NCBI GenBank assembly: GCA_027001995.1 | Contig: JALTLO010000007.1 | Coordinates: 1-28,376 of the forward strand | DNA length: 28,376 nt | Reading direction: 5' to 3' | From: Planctomycetota bacterium | Lineage (GTDB): Bacteria > Planctomycetota > GCA-002687715 > DRQF01 | Shown here: positions 1 to 9,014 of the stretch, piece after piece | Layout of the letters: each line of letters starts with the position of its first letter | Position numbering within the stretch: the stretch's first letter is position 1 | The notes under the pieces: model-generated | Database searches by the model: none | What the model was told of the DNA's origin: nothing | Seen by the model: the letters and a program-made list of their open reading frames with translations, nothing else | Translations under genes and position numbers: made by a program

Positions 1-951
1 GTAGTGGAAATGGATGGGATATTCCCCTTCTACCAGACGATTGCCAAGGCCAGTGAACTCAACCCAGTTGATGTTGACCTTGGGGGCTGGAGCCGCTGGC
101 GTGTGGTCCGTTGGTAAAGTACCGGGCTGCGGGTTTTCGCCGAACCGGATAAACCCGCCCCACTTCGTTGTGGTGGGGACGGCCGGCCCTTGAATCGTGA
201 TGTTACGAGAAAGAAGACCCACTTCCGCCGCAATCGTCATGGACTTGGGAGGGCCAGCATGGAGTGTACCGACAAAATGCTGGTAGACAGCCGGGTGATC
301 AATGCCATACTCTACTCGTGTAGGTGCTGTCAGATTGGTGACAGAGGTTATGGCGAATTCTTCGGCTAAATTGGTGTCGTAGTCCGTTGAGGCGACGACG
401 ATCTTGTCGCCCACTGCCCAGCCAGGATTGCCAACACATCGAATTTTAGTTTGACCAGTGAAAAGAGTCTCGGAAAGACGACTGTGTGGGAGCTGGCCGT
501 TCTGATTGCCCCACATTTTGATGTCACCGCCGGAATCAACAAACAGTCGCCCTGGTCTTGGGGGCGTGCTGGAAGCGTCTTCTTCTAAGGTGATGTTCAG
601 GTTGCCCGTGAAGGGAGCAGCAAACGTGCCGACTTTCAGTTTGCCGCCGTTGCGAATGTAGAGAAGCTGAAAACACCAACTTTGGAGGCTATTTTCGACT
701 ATCAAAGTGCCGTCTACAATGATTGATTTGGCGCAATCGATAATAAGATTCAGCCTCACAGTATGCCCAGCTTGAATGTGAATAACGTCTGTCGACAGGG
801 CGGGAAAAGATGTCGTGACGGGAGCAATAGGAGTCCATGTTGAAGGCGAACTCCAACTGCCACTCCTTACTGAAATATGGGTTGGAGCTTCAGTCGGGTA
901 AGGCCCAGGCCCTTGGCTAAACGCCGATAAGGTTAGGCAGCAAAGGACCAT
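1..951 (-). CDS. Secreted G8-domain protein (CEMIP/TMEM2/PKHD1-like), partial: runs off the window; 5' end frameshifted
   Basis: Not in the ORF track. Manual translation gives an open frame 951->1: MVLCCLTLSAFSQGPGPYPTEAPTHISVRSGSWSSPSTW...IHIQAGHTVRL...IIVDGTL...GGKLKVGTFAAPF...GWAVGDKIVVASTD...AEVGLLSRNITIQG...GEYPIHFHY. These match motifs typical of G8-domain proteins. The RBS-preceded ATG at 1012 is out of frame with this body. Confidence 0.85.
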   Translation of the reverse strand, partial: MVLCCLTLSAFSQGPGPYPTEAPTHISVRSGSWSSPSTWTPIAPVTTSFPALSTDVIHIQAGHTVRLNLIIDCAKSIIVDGTLIVENSLQSWCFQLLYIRNGGKLKVGTFAAPFTGNLNITLEEDASSTPPRPGRLFVDSGGDIKMWGNQNGQLPHSRLSETLFTGQTKIRCVGNPGWAVGDKIVVASTDYDTNLAEEFAITSVTNLTAPTRVEYGIDHPAVYQHFVGTLHAGPPKSMTIAAEVGLLSRNITIQGPAVPTTTKWGGFIRFGENPQPGTLPTDHTPAAPAPKVNINWVEFTGLGNRLVEGEYPIHFHY

Positions 952-960
952 GACTGTCGT

Positions 961-992
961 GCTGAACTGCTGAACTGCTGAACTGCTGAACT
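961..992. repeat. Perfect 8-bp tandem repeat (GCTGAACT)x4
   Basis: Read directly: units at 961-968, 969-976, 977-984, 985-992. Lies between ATG 1012 and the signal-peptide h-region of the G8 gene. Confidence 0.97.
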
Positions 993-1173
993 AGGGATAC
1001 GAGACTTCTCATCGGCTTTCCTTCCATGAATTCTAAATCAGCGCAAATTGACGATCAAGATTGACAGTGGGCGCGTCTGACTCTCTAACGGATTCACACA
1101 GTAAACTGAGTGCAAGCAATTGCACAAGAGAATTCTTAAGAAAATAATCGTGACGTGAAGTCAACAACGATAG

Positions 1174-1728
1174 TCAAAGAGTGGCTTGAGAGAAACCAGC
1201 CTGGGGTGGCAGAGTGTTCGTAATCAAAGAAGTCGCCCTGCTGCGACCACGTGGTCGTGAGGGGCGGCTGATGCAGAGTACGGGCGCTATGCCGTCCCTG
1301 GCGGCCGCGAGGTCGTGAATTATTCGGGTTAGGGATAAGGGTGCCGACCATTTCTTGGCGCCATTGTAGAGAACCACAGGAATGATCTCTGGGAGTTCGC
1401 GGCGGCTACGATTCTCCACTCCCAAGAAGGAGTAAATTTTACTCACATACCGGAACAGTTTTACCGGCATCATGGCAAAGGGCGTGCTTTGGTGTTCGAT
1501 GAGGACGTAGATGAAAACAGGCTTTTTCGGCCCTTCCAACCTGAAGAGCAAGTCAAACTCGTGACGTCGAAGATCTCCATCAACGTGAGTTCCCGGAACT
1601 AACGTCAAGGTGGAGAGGTCAAAGGCCTGGAGGAATCGATGGCCCAGGAACATCGCCAAGAAGGCCGCCCCATGATCGGGTGTTGAAAAAACAGCGAGAA
1701 TAAAGTTGTCGTGGTTGTTTGTTGTCAT
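1174..1728 (-). pseudogene. Rpn/YhgA-like recombination-promoting nuclease (putative transposase), C-terminally truncated
   Basis: Motifs HDNF, FDLSTLTLVPGTHVD, DLLF, IYVLIEHQS, LPEIIPVVLYNG..KW. Family-like sequence fades near aa 140-150, whereas full-length members are about 300 aa. Confidence 0.7.
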
Positions 1729-1732
1729 CGTT

Positions 1733-1759
1733 GCTTCTGGCGGTATAGACGTCAGAAGC
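1733..1759. other. Short inverted repeat immediately upstream of the rpn start
   Basis: GCTTCTGGCG-gtataga-CGTCAGAAGC: 10-bp arms with one mismatch. Confidence 0.4.
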
Positions 1760-1835
1760 TAAAGAGCTGGACTGCAAAATCTCAAAATATTCGGGCTCAA
1801 AAACAAAGCAACACTGAATGGGCACCGCGATGAGA

Positions 1836-3209
1836 TCAACGCTCCATGAAATGCTCTCGGCGGATGTCAAGTTTGCGCATGATCTTTTGCAGTGCAGCGC
1901 GAGTGAGACCGCAGGCCATGGCAGCCTGGGAGACGTTTCCTTGGGATGATCGGAGAGCATCTTCAACGTAACGCTGCTGAAAACGTTCGATAGCTAACTT
2001 CTTGCTTTCGTCATAGCTAGCACCATCAACTTTGATCGGAACAATGTCGAAATGATGAGGGGAAAGCTTGGCTCCAGCGCATGCAACAAGAGCACGCATC
2101 ACGGCGTTCTCGAGTTCACGCACGTTTCCAGGCCAAGCGTGGCTGCGCAAGAAACGATCGGTTTCGATATCAATTTCTGGGGGGCGCATTGACGAGGAGC
2201 GGCAATCTTGATTGTGCAGTTGAACAAAGTGCTGAGAGAGCGCGGAGATGTCGTCCGGACGATCTCGAAGTGCGGGGATTTTGAGATGAAGAACGCGCAG
2301 GCGATAGAGTAAGTCACTTCGAAATTTGCCTGCTTCGACCATCAATTCGAGATCTTGATTCGTGGCGGCTAAGAGTCGAAAGTCGACATGTATATCTTCG
2401 GTGCCACCCAAGGGGCGCACGACTTTATCTTGCAAGACGCGAAGCAACTTGCCTTGAAACGCCGGTGACATAGAAGCCACTTCGTCCAGAAAGACGGTCC
2501 CGCCGTCAGCCGTTTGGAAGAGTCCTTCCCGATCTTCTGTGGCGCCGGTAAAAGCCCCTTCCTTATGACCGAACAACTCCGATTCGAGTAAAGTGTCAGG
2601 AAGGGCAGCGCAGTTGACCGCGTCAAACCTCCGGTTGCTTGCTTGACTCCGACGGTGAATCTCCTGGGCCACAACTTCCTTGCCCGTCCCCGTCTCACCT
2701 TCGATCAACACCGGCAATACCGTCGATGAAATGCGATCGATCTCGGCCATAAGGTTGCGCATGGTGTCGGCATGGGCCACGAATTTTCCAGAACGGGCCT
2801 TAGGTTTGTCCTTCTTGCTGAGAAGGCGCTCGCCAATAGAAGAAATCGACCGCAGCATTTCATGATTGTCGAAAGGCTTGGCGATAAAATGGGCAGCCCC
2901 CAGCCCCATACATTCGACTGCCAGTTCGATGGTGCCAAAACCGGTCATGAGGAGGACTTCAACGGGTAAAGTTTCACTTTGAATCGTCTCTAACAGTTCA
3001 ATTCCCGTCATTCTTGGCATGCGTATGTCCGACACCACCACGTCCACAGATCCTTGGCGAACGATCTCGAGAGCCCTCTTGCCATCAGGTGCGCAAGAAA
3101 CATCAGCTCCTAAAGTTGAGACAAGTTTCATCAGTCCTCGGCGCACATCGTCTTCGTCATCGACGATGAGAACACCTAAGCCTTGCAGTGATGTCTTCCT
3201 ATCAATCAT
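1836..3209 (-). CDS. Sigma54-dependent response regulator, NtrC/AtoC family (REC-AAA+-Fis HTH)
   Basis: IVDDE and SDIRMP receiver; GETGTGKE Walker A; ESELFGH, GAFTGA, FLDEV, WPGNVRELEN; C-terminal GNVSQAA HTH. Confidence 0.96.
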   Translation of the reverse strand: MIDRKTSLQGLGVLIVDDEDDVRRGLMKLVSTLGADVSCAPDGKRALEIVRQGSVDVVVSDIRMPRMTGIELLETIQSETLPVEVLLMTGFGTIELAVECMGLGAAHFIAKPFDNHEMLRSISSIGERLLSKKDKPKARSGKFVAHADTMRNLMAEIDRISSTVLPVLIEGETGTGKEVVAQEIHRRSQASNRRFDAVNCAALPDTLLESELFGHKEGAFTGATEDREGLFQTADGGTVFLDEVASMSPAFQGKLLRVLQDKVVRPLGGTEDIHVDFRLLAATNQDLELMVEAGKFRSDLLYRLRVLHLKIPALRDRPDDISALSQHFVQLHNQDCRSSSMRPPEIDIETDRFLRSHAWPGNVRELENAVMRALVACAGAKLSPHHFDIVPIKVDGASYDESKKLAIERFQQRYVEDALRSSQGNVSQAAMACGLTRAALQKIMRKLDIRREHFMER

Positions 3210-5419
3210 GATTGAAACTCGCTTTCCTTGTTCGCTCGGCTCTCACTTCCCGCTTGGCTTGGGCGATTCGGATGAAATGCTGGCATGGTCACCCTAAAAA
3301 TAGTCGAGCCATCCTGTTCACTTCTAAGCTCAAGTTGACCACCCAACTCCTCAATAATCCGGCGAGAAGTTGGCAAACCCAAACCCGTTCCTTCCCCCGG
3401 AGCTTTGGTAGTGAAGAAGGGGTCAAAAATTCGCTTCCGAAGCTCAGGCGGAACCCCAGGCCCATCGTCGGAAACATCGCAGATCACCGAATCTCCAGAT
3501 CGATTCAAGTGAAGCCTGACGTGGGATCCTTCGCCACCCGCCGCCTGGACTCCATTCATGACTAAGTTCACCAAGACCTGCCGCAACTGATATTCATCGG
3601 CTAAGAGCAAGAGTTCTTGTTCTTCCAGATCACAAGAAATCGTCACCCCCAGGCTCTTCGCCAAGGGGCTCAAGAATCGCTGGACATCATCGGCCACATC
3701 AATGAGGTCCAATTCAACAATCTCGGAATCTCCACCGCGCACGTTGTCAAGCAGGTCACGAATGGCTCGCTTACAAGCTTTCGTGTTGCGACCGATCACT
3801 TCCACATGCTCGTGAAAAGGAGAGTCAACCTCCAGTTCATCAGCCATCATTTGGTTGTACATGGAAATTGAGGCCAAGGGGTTGTTGATTTCATGGGCCA
3901 CGGCAGAGGAGACCTCCCCCACCACACTCATGCGCTCTTGGAAAGACTGGCGCTCGGCGATCTTCAGCCTTTCCGTTATGTCGCGACTGACAAGAAGGCG
4001 CCCCACCAAACCGGTTTCTGTGGGTAAGGTGGTTGCTGTCACCTCGAAAGTGCGTCCTTCAATCTCAAGCTCACAAGTCTGATCACCGTTGTGACAGCCC
4101 AGCAGACAATCGGCGCAGTTTTTGTCGACGGCGGCACAGGTGAGCCGGGCCGTTGCTTCACTACGGGTGCGGAAGAGATCACGGATTGGTTCTGCGGCGG
4201 CATTCGACAAGATCACCTCGTTGTCTGCTCCCATGAGGCAAAGTCCATCCCGCATAGACTGAACTACAAGGGCCAACTCGTCCCGTTTTCTCTCGAGGTC
4301 ATGAGTACGACTCTCAACCGCTTCGGCCATGGCATTGAACGAAGACGCCACAACCCCGATTTCGTCGTCGGAATCGACGTGCACACGCACTTTCAGGTCT
4401 CCACAACCAATCTGCTCAGCGGCGGAGCGCAGCTTATTCAGGGGCAGCACAATGAATCCGACTGTCACAAGCACTGTGGCAAGAGCCAACATCATAATGA
4501 TCATACCCACGCCCAAGAAACGACTCTGCAAACTGCGAATTGGAGCCATGGCAGCATGGGCGTCCAACTCCACCCGAGACCGCCAACCGCCATCGTCAAA
4601 TGTCTGTGTTCGAGAGAAAAGACGAGACGACGCTGGTTTCTTCGTGGAATCCGCAAGTGTCCGTTCTTTGACCACAATACCAATGGCTGTGTCAACAGGC
4701 TCTTGATTCGATGTTCCTTGGTTCATCAACCAGCGAGGCACAACGAACCCCTTGCCATCTTGGTCTTCAAGAATGAGCTTGGTTGACGATTCATCATTGA
4801 GCAGGTGGTCGCCGATTCCGTGGACAGATGCCAAGAATCGCCCCACATGCACCCATGCACTGAGTCGCCCCAGTTGTTTGCTTCCAGTCAGATCATAAAC
4901 AGGGGTGCTAATGGCAAAGACTGGACTGGGGTCCACATCATTTCGGGGTTGAAAGGCACTGTACCACAGGCCAGTTTCCCCTGCCGCTCGCATGGCAGTT
5001 TCAGCCATGGCAGGAACTCTTTGCTCGCGAGACCCAGCAACGAGATGCCCTTCATTGTCCCACACTGAGCAATCCAAGAAACAGGCCACAAGTGGAGTCT
5101 TATTGATGCGAAGGTGAGAAGCGAGCTTCTCCACATGATGAGGTTTCTTGCTTTCTGTGATGCGTCCCAGCGTCTCACGAATGAGTCCATCAGAGGCGAA
5201 GTCTTGCACCCGGCGCCCCAAGAGCTCACGGCTGGCGCTGATAGCACCAGCTCGGGCAACAGCGACAGCCTCTAAACGTCTGCCAATTTCTGATTCCAGT
5301 GAGTTCCTGGCGAAGTTAGAGACCAAAATGCCGCCAAAGGAAAGCATGATGAGGCAAAGAAAGAGAAAAGTGAGGGGCAGCTTGTACTTAATAGGAAATC
5401 GCGCCAATGGATCGCGCAT
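3206..5419 (-). CDS. Membrane sensor histidine kinase (TM-periplasmic domain-TM-HAMP-PAS-like-HisKA-HATPase)
   Basis: Two hydrophobic segments; HAMP (DEIGVVASSFNAM); H-box AHEINNPL; N-box QVLVNLVMNG; DDGPG, FDPFFTTK, GTGLGL. Start moved to ATG 5419 (GAGGAG upstream). Overlaps the regulator by 4 bp. Confidence 0.94.
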   Translation of the reverse strand: MRDPLARFPIKYKLPLTFLFLCLIMLSFGGILVSNFARNSLESEIGRRLEAVAVARAGAISASRELLGRRVQDFASDGLIRETLGRITESKKPHHVEKLASHLRINKTPLVACFLDCSVWDNEGHLVAGSREQRVPAMAETAMRAAGETGLWYSAFQPRNDVDPSPVFAISTPVYDLTGSKQLGRLSAWVHVGRFLASVHGIGDHLLNDESSTKLILEDQDGKGFVVPRWLMNQGTSNQEPVDTAIGIVVKERTLADSTKKPASSRLFSRTQTFDDGGWRSRVELDAHAAMAPIRSLQSRFLGVGMIIMMLALATVLVTVGFIVLPLNKLRSAAEQIGCGDLKVRVHVDSDDEIGVVASSFNAMAEAVESRTHDLERKRDELALVVQSMRDGLCLMGADNEVILSNAAAEPIRDLFRTRSEATARLTCAAVDKNCADCLLGCHNGDQTCELEIEGRTFEVTATTLPTETGLVGRLLVSRDITERLKIAERQSFQERMSVVGEVSSAVAHEINNPLASISMYNQMMADELEVDSPFHEHVEVIGRNTKACKRAIRDLLDNVRGGDSEIVELDLIDVADDVQRFLSPLAKSLGVTISCDLEEQELLLLADEYQLRQVLVNLVMNGVQAAGGEGSHVRLHLNRSGDSVICDVSDDGPGVPPELRKRIFDPFFTTKAPGEGTGLGLPTSRRIIEELGGQLELRSEQDGSTIFRVTMPAFHPNRPSQAGSESRANKESEFQS

Positions 5420-5647
5420 GGGGCGGCCGCTCCTCGGATGTTCTCTGTTTCGGCCTGCCCCCAACACAATGTCCAATAGGGCCGACAACAAAACACGCGG
5501 AAAAATTGGGGAACGCAAACCAAGGGCCAAAAGCCACAATCACCTGAATTCTTGTTCGCCTTCCCCTTCAGATAGGAATGGGGCGGGTTATGTGGGGAAA
5601 GAGACGCCCAACCAGGGGGATTTCCCCCACCAACAGGCGGAGATGAA

Positions 5648-6079
5648 TCAGTTGGATGTGCTCGCTTCACCAGCAGAGTCAGCATTTTTACCCGGGGCTT
5701 TCACACCCAGCCACTGCTCGAAAGCATCCATTTGACCATTGGATTCAAGAAAACGCTTCATGTCATCAACCCGATTCACCAAAGAATCTGTCAGCTCAAT
5801 GGCATGTTGCAGCCAAAAAGTATCCCGTGACCTGGATTCCGCCTTGACGCGCATGGCGGCCATCACCAATTCTCGTCGATCCTCTTCATTCGCGCCCAAT
5901 GACTCTCCTAAGAGGAGTAAGACCTCCCCTGAGGGCACTAAGCCGTCATTCATGATTTGGGAAAGCAAGTTCTGGGACTTCCCAACCATGCCGCTCACCT
6001 CCCGATCAGTCAGTTGGCAAGCATTTTTTTCGCAATAGTCAGCAATCATCTTGCGAATTTTTTTCTGGAGTGGAGTCAA
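5648..6079 (-). CDS. Hypothetical protein with probable XRE/Cro-like HTH
   Basis: LTDREVSGMVGKSQNLLSQIMNDGLVPSGEVLLLLGESLG resembles an XRE HTH. TTG start preceded by AGGGGGA. Confidence 0.6.
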   Translation of the reverse strand: MTPLQKKIRKMIADYCEKNACQLTDREVSGMVGKSQNLLSQIMNDGLVPSGEVLLLLGESLGANEEDRRELVMAAMRVKAESRSRDTFWLQHAIELTDSLVNRVDDMKRFLESNGQMDAFEQWLGVKAPGKNADSAGEASTSN

Positions 6080-6219
6080 TCCAGTCCCCCTGATACAGCG
6101 AACAACGTATATTGGTCAGTGGCAGGATAATGGATTTTGAGCCGAAATATCACCTTTTTGCTCTTTCTTTTCGAATCAGACAGCTTGACTCTTCTTGTTC
6201 TACGGGAAAACCTATCAGC

Positions 6220-7704
6220 ATGAAAACAATGAAACTCATTTTACCCCTCCTACTTGCCCTCTGCGGCCAGTCTTTTTTGGCCGCCCAGTACAAAGGAGCC
6301 ACGCCACCTCCGGCGGTCATGCTCGATGGTTTCGACAACATCAAACAACAAGATTGCAAGACTTGGCTCACTTATTTGTCTAGCGACGAATTGGGAGGGC
6401 GCAAGACTGGGAGCCAAGGCCATCGCATGGCGGCCAAGTACATGGCCGACCGCTTCAAAGAATTCGGTCTCAAACCCATCGGCGACAAGGGTACTTACTT
6501 TCAGGAAGTCACTCTTTACCGCATCAGTGGTGGCCCCCAAACCGGCCACGTCACCATTGGCAACAAGACCTGGGACGAGAACTCAGGCCTGAGGATGCGC
6601 TCCACCTTTGGACACGCCAAAGCCGGGGTCGTTTTCATCAGTTCGGGCAGCAAGAAGAAAGGCCTCAAAGACCCAACGATCCTCAAAGACAAGATCTTAG
6701 TCCTGAATCTCTCCCGCAGTGTTGCACTTTCGCCTCTATTCGCCCAAATCATGAACAATCGCCCGGCAGCCATGATTCTTCTTGGTCGTACGCCATCGCC
6801 TCTTCGCTCCAGGGGGTCGCTCAAGCAAGAGTGGCATGTGACAATCCCACAGGTCGCAGCCAACGACGCCACTTTCGCCAGCATTCTCAAGGCACTCAAG
6901 ATCAAGAAGTCATTTGCAAAAAAACCGCAAAAGAACGCCTTCAAGGTCATCTTAACCAAGATCGAAGTGGAAATCGCCACAGAAACTCCTCATGAAACAA
7001 TCAAGGCCCCCAATGTCATTGGCATGCTGGAAGGCACAGACAAATACCTCAAGCACGAAGTTGTTATCTGCGGCTCGCACTTAGATCACATCGGGACCAA
7101 CGCCAACGGCCAAATCAACAATGGCGCGGACGACGATGGTTCTGGCTCGACCTCTCTTTTGGCCGTGGCGAGAGCATTCTGCCAATCTCCGAACAAGACC
7201 AGGCGGAGCTTGGTCTTTATCGCTGTTTGCGGTGAAGAGGACGGCCTCTTAGGTTCAGAATACTACGTCGAGAATCCGATAATTCCCATCAAAGACACCA
7301 TCTGCGAACTGCAAATGGACATGGTCGGCCGCAACGAAGAAGGCCGCGGAGACCGCCCCGAAGACAACATCAAGACCACTCATCTGGTAGGATCCAAGAA
7401 GCTCTCCACAGATTTGCACAAGCTCATCATCAAAATGAATAAGCATGTTGGCTTTAAGTTCGAATACGACCAAGAAAGTGTCTACTACCGCAGCGATCAC
7501 TACAACTTTGCCAAAAAGGGCATCCCTATTGCTTTTTTCTTCAGCGGTTTTCACCCGGACTACCACAAGCCCACGGATACCATTGAGAAAATCAATTTTG
7601 AAAAGTTAGCCAATACGGCGAAGCTCGTTTTCCTGACGGCTTTTTCCGCCGCCGATCGCAGCAAGCGCATCGTCGTTGACAAGAAGAAGCGGAAGGCACT
7701 TTAG
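6220..7704 (+). CDS. Secreted M28 family metallopeptidase with PA-like insertion
   Basis: Signal peptide MKTMKLILPLLLALCGQSFLAA; motifs SHLDH, GADDDGSG, GEEDGLLGS, DMVG, RSDH, YHKPTD. Confidence 0.93.
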   Translation: MKTMKLILPLLLALCGQSFLAAQYKGATPPPAVMLDGFDNIKQQDCKTWLTYLSSDELGGRKTGSQGHRMAAKYMADRFKEFGLKPIGDKGTYFQEVTLYRISGGPQTGHVTIGNKTWDENSGLRMRSTFGHAKAGVVFISSGSKKKGLKDPTILKDKILVLNLSRSVALSPLFAQIMNNRPAAMILLGRTPSPLRSRGSLKQEWHVTIPQVAANDATFASILKALKIKKSFAKKPQKNAFKVILTKIEVEIATETPHETIKAPNVIGMLEGTDKYLKHEVVICGSHLDHIGTNANGQINNGADDDGSGSTSLLAVARAFCQSPNKTRRSLVFIAVCGEEDGLLGSEYYVENPIIPIKDTICELQMDMVGRNEEGRGDRPEDNIKTTHLVGSKKLSTDLHKLIIKMNKHVGFKFEYDQESVYYRSDHYNFAKKGIPIAFFFSGFHPDYHKPTDTIEKINFEKLANTAKLVFLTAFSAADRSKRIVVDKKKRKAL

Positions 7705-7710
7705 ATAGCT

Positions 7711-8832
7711 ATGCTCATCATCTGCGATGAGTCCGTCTTCTTGGGGCAAGAAGCATTTGGGGCCATCAAAGGGGCCCAACTGCATTTACTGCCCCCAGGA
7801 GGTATCACGGCCCAGAGCATTGTTGGTGCCGATGCTCTGATCGTTCGGTCAACAGTTCCCATTTCTGCTGCTCTCCTGGAGAAGCACACCCCTTCTTTCA
7901 TCGCCACCGCCACCATCGGATCAGATCATGTCGATTTGCCCCTCCTAAGTCGGCGAGGAGTGCGGTTCGCCAGTGCTCAAGGCTCTTCGGCGGCGACGGT
8001 GGCAGAATTCACTTGGGGTTTGATGGCACTCTTGGCCGCCAAGGCCGAACGCCCCCTCAGGAGCTATTCTCTGGGGGTAGTGGGCTGCGGTGCCATTGGC
8101 GAACGGGTTGCTCAATGCGGAGAAGATCTGGGCATCAAGGTCGTTCGGGTTGACCCATTCTTGAGCGAAAAAGCCCCCGATGGCCCATTCCTGCCGATGA
8201 AGTCCCTGTCACAATGTGACCTCATTAGTCTTCACGTCCCTCTCACTCTGGATGGCCCTCATCCTACGGCAAACATGGTCAACGAGGCCTGGCTGGCACG
8301 ATTGGCACCGCAAACCACTTTGATCAACACATCTCGGGGGGGCGTTGTGGCTGAGGAGGCTCTTGTCCAAGCCTACAACGATGGGATCGTCAAGGCCTTA
8401 GCCCTTGATGTCTTTCCTCATGAGCCGAGTTTCGACCAAGACTTGATAAAAAGCTGTACCATCGCGACGCCACACATTGCTGGACGGAGTTTAGAAGGGA
8501 TGATAGCCAACACGAAGGCCATCGAAGAGAGCTTTCGCGACCATTTCAACTTAGCCCCCCGCCTGGGATTTGACGTCATCAAGAGTACGAAGCCAGTTGA
8601 ATTAAAAGCTGATGACGGCCCCGCCGCTTTCGTCCAGCAAGCTTGGTCCCTCTCGACCTTGACGGAAGGTTTGAAGCAAGTCGCCAATCAAAACGCTGCG
8701 ACCCGAAGCGACGTCTTTAAGAGCCTACGCCGACCACCCTACCGCCGAGATTTAACAAGCCTCATCGGCCCCTCCCGGGGCCACGAAACTTGCCAACAGT
8801 TTCTCCAAGCGATCTTGAAGATCCCACGATAG
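7711..8832 (+). CDS. pdxB: 4-phosphoerythronate dehydrogenase (D-2-hydroxyacid dehydrogenase family)
   Basis: ADALIVRS, FIATATIGSDHVD, GVVGCGAIG, SLHVPLTLDGPHPT, INTSRG, LDVFPHEP, TPHIAG. Confidence 0.88.
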   Translation: MLIICDESVFLGQEAFGAIKGAQLHLLPPGGITAQSIVGADALIVRSTVPISAALLEKHTPSFIATATIGSDHVDLPLLSRRGVRFASAQGSSAATVAEFTWGLMALLAAKAERPLRSYSLGVVGCGAIGERVAQCGEDLGIKVVRVDPFLSEKAPDGPFLPMKSLSQCDLISLHVPLTLDGPHPTANMVNEAWLARLAPQTTLINTSRGGVVAEEALVQAYNDGIVKALALDVFPHEPSFDQDLIKSCTIATPHIAGRSLEGMIANTKAIEESFRDHFNLAPRLGFDVIKSTKPVELKADDGPAAFVQQAWSLSTLTEGLKQVANQNAATRSDVFKSLRRPPYRRDLTSLIGPSRGHETCQQFLQAILKIPR

Positions 8833-9014
8833 ACGAAAGAGCCAGATCCTCCACCGAACGATTCACAATTTCCCCCCAAGACGTTATTGTGTGCAGCAGT
8901 CGCGGCCCAACCATTTTGTCCTCAGTTTTCGCCCGATGAAGAACACGAGCCAAGCAGGCACCCGGATTGCTCGGCCACAGCCTTTGCAGACGAACCGGGA
9001 AACAGGAGCCATTC

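Noticed and set aside
961..992. Repeat as a CRISPR array
   Set aside because: The units are 8 bp, directly adjacent, with no spacers and no cas genes.
1110..1128. Possible sigma54 promoter for the G8 gene (minus strand TTGTGCAATTGCTTGCA)
   Set aside because: It has the -12 TTGCA but GT rather than the invariant GG at -24, so it cannot be linked to the nearby NtrC-type regulator.
5592..5630. GTGGGGAAA...TTTCCCCCAC hairpin as terminator or riboswitch
   Set aside because: Imperfect stem with a long loop, no U-tract and no recognisable aptamer.
4091..5735. Long + strand ORFs (231 aa, 195 aa and others) opposite the kinase
   Set aside because: Antisense shadows of a well-supported gene, with no recognisable motifs.
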